From NCBI RefSeq assembly GCF_964194155.1, contig NC_135892.1, positions 29,140,001-29,204,000 on the forward strand: 64,000 bases of DNA. The letters run 5' to 3'. The stretch is from Cetorhinus maximus. Lineage: Eukaryota. The notes under the pieces were generated by a model that ran no database searches, was not told where the DNA came from, and saw only the letters and a list, made by a program, of their open reading frames with translations. Positions within the stretch are counted from its first letter, which is position 1. Each line of letters starts with the position of its first letter. Position numbers and translations under genes: made by a program. Positions 58,768 through 64,000 of this stretch are shown here, in pieces.

Positions 58768-60535
58768 TACAACATATAAGGAGGCCATTCAGACAATCAT
58801 GCTGGCTCTTTGAAAGAATTAACCAATTAGTCCCACCCCACTGCTCTTTCCTCATTGCCCTACAATTTTCTCCTTTTCAAGTATAATCCAATTCTCCTTT
58901 GAAAGTTACTAAAGGGTGGAATCGTCCCAGATATACACTAAGTGCGGTAGCAGATGGATAAATCGATGGCGGCTTCTCACATTGTTTCGTCCCAAACCAG
59001 CCACATTAATTATGCATTCCCAGGAATCACACTGTTTTGACAGTGGGTGGGCCCCAAATAACCCACCACGCCATCACCTGCTGCTTTGTCATGCTGGGCA
59101 CCACATTTAAAGTAGATATGCACACACACCCCTCAGTGTTTCCAGCCCAGGACTGCTCAAATAAGACATGGCCCTGAAAGGTAAGAAGACTGCAGCCCCC
59201 AGGTTTAGTGACCCATCCTTCTTGTGCCTTTTGGACACTGTGGAGACCCGCCGTGATGTCCTCTACCCCCCACTCTGGCTGCAGGAGGAGCAGCAACATT
59301 ACCACTCAGCTTGGTAGGCGATGGCAATGGTGATCAGTGCCAATGATGCACAGAAGAGGTTGGCCATCCAATGCAGATAGAAGATGAATGATCTCCTCCA
59401 TGCCACCAAGGTAAGGCAACCATCTCATCACTCCAAACTCACACACTCAAGCCCATCACACATTCACTGGCATCTCATTCACTGCCAGCTCAAGGGACAC
59501 TTGACTCTGACCACTTGACCACTGACTCTTTTACACACACCCTCACATCACCATCTGGCGTCATCTGTTCTGGAGACTGCTTCCTCAGCCCTCACCATCT
59601 TGAGGCCACTTGCACAGATCAACCTGTGCCCCCACACAAACCCCTTCCTCAGTACAGCCCTCACCCTGCAGCCTCTTCTCTCACCTGAGGCCACTTCTCC
59701 CCCTACCCCAAGCAAGCCCTAGCCCTGTATCCATACAAAGCCTTATGGCTGATCTGGTAGGTAGAGACCTGCCCATGAGACCCCTAAAAGTGCTGTGGTG
59801 CTGTCTGTGAAACTTGGCGCTGATGACTGTGGTGCTGCCCAAAGCAAGATAGGCAAACCATCCTCGAAGTCCCTAGCGAAGTGCAGCTCGCCAGGTGCAT
59901 GGCATTTATTTGCAGTTGTGAAACACATGCCAACATGGGCAGACAATCCAGTGGTGGTAGGGGATGATTCCGGCAGGCTGGCCGTATAAGGATATGCCGA
60001 TGTATTATAATGAGGTTCCCGATGATTGATGGCAGGAAATGTTGCCTGCCATCGACAGGCTGAGCGGACAATCGCAAACTGGCTTCTAAACGTGGTGAAA
60101 CTGATTTTTGGCCTTCTCGCCATATTGTCCACTCACGCTGTCGAACACGCCCAATGCCAGTGGACACGGATGGTTCCACCCAATGAATCAGCTTCCAGCA
60201 CCCTTTCAGGGACTGCATTCTAGATCACAATATCTCACTGCATTAAAAAATTCTCATAATTTTGTCCCTAGATTTTTTGCCAATGTAAATCCATGCCCTT
60301 TGTAGGTCACCACCCTCCTGCCAGTGAAAACATTTTCCCCTTACCTACTCGATCAAAGCCCCTCTATTATATCTCCCCTCTGCTGTAAGGATCAACAATC
60401 CCAACTTCTCTGTCTTCTCCATGTAACTGAGGCCCCTCATTTCCAATACCATTCTGTTAACTCTCCTTTGCACCATCTCCAAGGCATTGGCAGCCTTCCT
60501 CTAAATTGTGGTGCCCAGAATTGGGCACCAATTCT
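58768..60535 (-). mobile_element. CR1-type LINE 3' fragment split by Harbinger copy E
   Basis: aggaggccattcag tail motif; the sequence gaaagttact|..|tgaatcagcttccagcaccctttcagg continues across the insertion. Confidence 0.55.
58914..60181 (+). mobile_element. Non-autonomous Harbinger deletion derivative, copy E, retaining Myb/SANT exon 1
   Basis: TIRs GGGTGGAATCGTCC / GGATGGTTCCACCC (12/14). Exon 59168-59410 reads MALKGKKTAAPRFSD...QCR*KMNDLL followed by gtaagg. Interrupts a CR1-like 3' fragment. Confidence 0.8.
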
Positions 60536-61598
60536 ATGAGCAGACCACACCATCCTGGAGGATTACTGGTTATCTGAACTTAATCAATTGGCACACCTCT
60601 TTTTGATGTATAGATCTCCCAAATGCCATTCAGTATTCTTGTTCTGCAGCTCTCCAATCACGGTTTTCCATGTTGTTGGTGTTCACATTTTCATCCCATA
60701 GGTTATGGTAAATAGACATAGCACAGCCATCTTGAAGATTCAACTTATTGTTCTCACTTAGCATCTTCCTCTAGGTTTTTCCATTCTCCCTTGAAACATG
60801 AATTCATTCCTGAATTTGCACAGTGCCAAATGTCTAAATTTCTGTCACACATTCCAACACTCATATTTCTCTGTGTGGTTGTCATAAATCACGATTTTTT
60901 AACCATTTTTCTTGCAGACTGGATTTGGGAATGAGTTATGCTTAAAACAAAAGCAAAATAAATTTGCACGGGCTTAAAAAGCCGCAGGTACAGGATGCTG
61001 ACCTTGATGTAGTTAATAATCCAGGCATTGAAGAGAACTACACAATGAGACCATGGACATGAAGTATTTATCGTCTTGTCTCATATGGTGACAAGTATTC
61101 CTGTCCTTTGTGGTAAGGACAACTCCATTCATGCTGGACATGGCATGAAGTGTTTTCTCTTGGTAAAAAAAAGTAGCTAGTTTGCTAGCAGGCCTGCTGG
61201 CAAATTTCTACATTTAATTAAGAAAAAGCATGTTTGGGAGCCAGGGGTCAGTTTTCACTTCTGGCTGACCATCTAACCAAATAAACCATCCACTTGCCGA
61301 AAGAGTGCAGTTTCCATTTTGAGGCATTGCAGCCATTCATATCAGACCGGAGCATCAAAAGGGGGTCCTGATGCAGCTTACTGAGTTAAGGATAACCTTT
61401 GTCAACCTGCCTTCATGGTGTACAGCAGGAGAGATTAAAATTACAAAGGGGCTGTCCCAGGCAGAAGCGGCTTCTGGTCCCCCAAAAAATGTGAAAGTTA
61501 CCAATGCTGGGGTTATTGGGCTTTATCATCAGTGGAACTAATCCAACGTGGCACGCACTGACACCATTTCCAACTTAAAACAGGGGTCGTGATCCTAC

Positions 61599-64000
61599 AG
61601 GCGGAATCGTCCCAGATTTGTGCTAAGTGCGATAGTGAAAAAGTCATTTTACCCGCCGGTGGCAGTGGTGGGCTTTCGCACCATATCGTCCCATTCCTGG
61701 TGCATCCGGTCTCATTAATAATGCATTCACGGAAACACTCCGGATCTCTGGCGGGAGGGCTCGGATTTTCCCGTCACACCATGACCTCAGCGTTTCCTCA
61801 CTCCGGACACCATATCTAAAGTGCATCAGAGTGCATGCCTACTTCCTGGCCAGGATTTTACAGCCCCTCCCGCCCAATGGGATATTACAGTCCAGCTGAA
61901 CTGAATGGAGATTTAAATGGCTCGTCACATCCTCCAGGGGAAAGCACGTTGTGGCGGGGCCGTAAAATCCTGGCCCATGTCTTCAGACCAGGGCTGTTCC
62001 AGGCGACAGATGGTCCCAAAAGCAAAGAAGATGGCAGCCCCCAAGTTTAGTGGCGCCTTTCTGGGGGCACCTGCTGAATGCAGTGGAAGGCCACCATGAT
62101 GTCTTCTACCCCTGCTCTGGCCACAGGAGGTCCACCAGAGTCACCAATCTGGCCTGGGAGGCAGGTGGCAGCAGCAGCCAGCGCCATTGGAGCACACAGC
62201 CATCATGTGGAGGAAGAGGATGAATGCCCTCATCCATTCTGCCAGGGTAAGTCAACAACCTCATCACTCTCAACTCACACACTTCCAAATCCATCTCACA
62301 TCCACAGGGATCTCACACCTCAAGGGTCAACACCGCTAATTCTCACACACATCCTCACATCTCCATCAGACTCATACCTTCTGGAGGTCGCATCTTCATC
62401 CCACCCACTCACCATAGAAACATTCCACGTAGTTCCAAGCCTCCTGCTCACACTCTCTCCATCTGTTTTCATGCAGGAGAAGCTGGCTCACAACAACAGG
62501 GAGAGGTCCCAGACCAGGGGTGGATTGGCCCACATTAGGCCCCTCACTCCCTTTGAGGAGTGTGCCATCGCGCTGACTGGTGAGGACATGGACCGTGCCT
62601 GCAGCGAAGGTGAGGTCAGTGGCGAACACCCACATGAGGATCCTGCACCACATCATCCCTCTCTCAAAGCAACTGTGCGAGCTCTCTCTCTCTCTCTCCT
62701 GCTTTTGACTCTGCTGCCAAGCACTCATTATCTCTACTTTGGTTCACAGGGAGCTCTGCCAAGCGACCGACACCTTCAGCCAGCCAGTCCCTCAGCTCCA
62801 TCCAGGTCCTCATCTCCAGCAAAAAGGATACCTCCTCCGTTAAAGAGCTGGAAATAAGCAGCCTGGAAGACCCATCATAGCGCTCACCCACACCCTCCAC
62901 CAGTGCAGAGACATACCGCCTCAGTGGGACCTGGACCTAGAACAGCTTAGGTTCACAAACTGGTGGTCACCACACAGACGCGTGTCTGCAGCAGGAGGAG
63001 GCAGGTTCAGCCAAGCTCCCTGATTCTGGGGAAGAGGCATCTGTGAGGGCTGAGTCAGATGACAAGCCTCTGGATTTGGCCTTCCAACTCAACGTGGAGA
63101 GTCTTCAGGAGGCGGGGGAACATTATGCAGAGCTGTTGGAAACCCTCAACAGAGTGGCATGTGGGTTGGAGGAGTGCGTCCACCTGCTCTCTGATGAAGT
63201 GGTGCCCATATGTGCACATTTAGAAGTCTCCATGGGAAGGATGGCGGATACCATGGAGACCCTGGTCCAGCTTAACTCAGAGATGCATGCAGACCTGCTC
63301 TCCATCACGGTAGCCATGGATGAGTTCCTGCAGTGACAACATGAGAGGGAAACTGGGCACCTCGGTGTCCCTCCAGTTGTTCCTTCCCCTCAAGCAGTCA
63401 GACCAAGGCCCCTGGGCATCCGGTTGGTGGAGGAGTGGCAGCTAGACACCCCGGGTCATCCACTCAGGAATCTCAGAGGCTGTCAGCTCCCTCTGAGCCC
63501 CCTTTGCCTGTGACCCCCCCTCAACCTTGTCCTCTGTCACCACAAAGGGAGCAGCTGGCTTACAGGAGGACAGCCAAAGCAAGCCGGGGCCCTCAAGGCC
63601 TCTGATCTCCAGAGGATACATGCCTAAGCCATCAGCGGCAACAGGGCCAACCATTGCACAGGCTGTCTCCACCCCTGCTGCCGATGTCAGGGCAGCGCCT
63701 AGAAGAAGAGGTAGGCCTAGAAATGTTATTTGGGTCACAAGTGGTTGCACGGGTGAACATATTTCATCACTTTATGATCTGAAAATGTACTTACTTTCAC
63801 TGAATGATGTGTAATGGTGTCTTTCAGCTTCATTGACAGGCTGCGAGAGTCCTCCCACTGCATTCCACCAACCCCCACCCCCACCCAACTAGCAGATCAA
63901 CTGCACTCAGCTGGACCACGAGTGATTCTGGAGGGAGAGGTGTGTGTGTGTGTGGCCGGGCCTTTTGGAGCCCCTTGGAAACATTCTCCCACGCACACAG
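61599..64000 (+). mobile_element. Harbinger element, copy F (family of E), with a three-exon Myb/SANT gene remnant; probably continues past the window
   Basis: Starts aggcggaatcgtcccagat like copy E. Exon 1 at 62010-62246 (MVPKAKKMAAPKFS), exon 2 from 62477 (EKLAHNNRERSQTRGG), exon 3 from ~62750. Frameshifted. Confidence 0.8.
61848..61975. mobile_element. 128-bp Harbinger-type mini-MITE nested in copy F
   Basis: 20-bp TIRs ggccaggattttacagcccc / ggggccgtaaaatcctggcc (19/20), flanked by cct/cat. Confidence 0.85.

Noticed and set aside
62078-62857. 259-aa ORF as a real protein
   Set aside because: It reads through Harbinger Myb-gene introns; only the EKLAHNN... segment is the genuine exon frame.
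1-64000. CRISPR array or prokaryotic defence operon
   Set aside because: The sequence is eukaryotic intronic DNA; no regularly spaced repeat-spacer array or operon-like gene density was seen.

Overview
This is vertebrate genomic DNA, most likely a shark or ray given the HE1-type SINEs and HER1-type LINE ends. The only host coding sequence I can support is an 87-nt exon at 58197-58283 (+) encoding FVFCRECKEEYHEEECNGLHIRETAVNQQ, which matches exon 10 of Parkin (PRKN; C-terminal half of the IBR domain plus linker). The rest of the window is therefore inferred to be the giant flanking introns of PRKN, densely filled with nested transposons. The standout is a young, apparently intact 5.26-kb Tx1-clade LINE (34741-39998, minus strand). 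It has ORF1 with three CCHC knuckles, ORF2 with APE, RT and a Zn-finger, a polyA tail and a 7-bp TSD. Its 5' end is exactly nt 1-34 of U2 snRNA, followed by a degenerate U1-like segment, yet it sits outside any U2 gene. Also present: several decayed PIF/Harbinger transposons (transposase plus intron-containing Myb/SANT gene) with many 3-bp-TSD MITEs, a Penelope-like element with a hammerhead motif, a hAT MITE, L2/CR1 fragments, Deu-type and HE1-type SINEs, two neighbouring local inverted duplications, and a perfect 34-bp-stem palindrome. Family names come from recalled consensus sequences and motifs, not database searches, and boundaries of old repeats are approximate.
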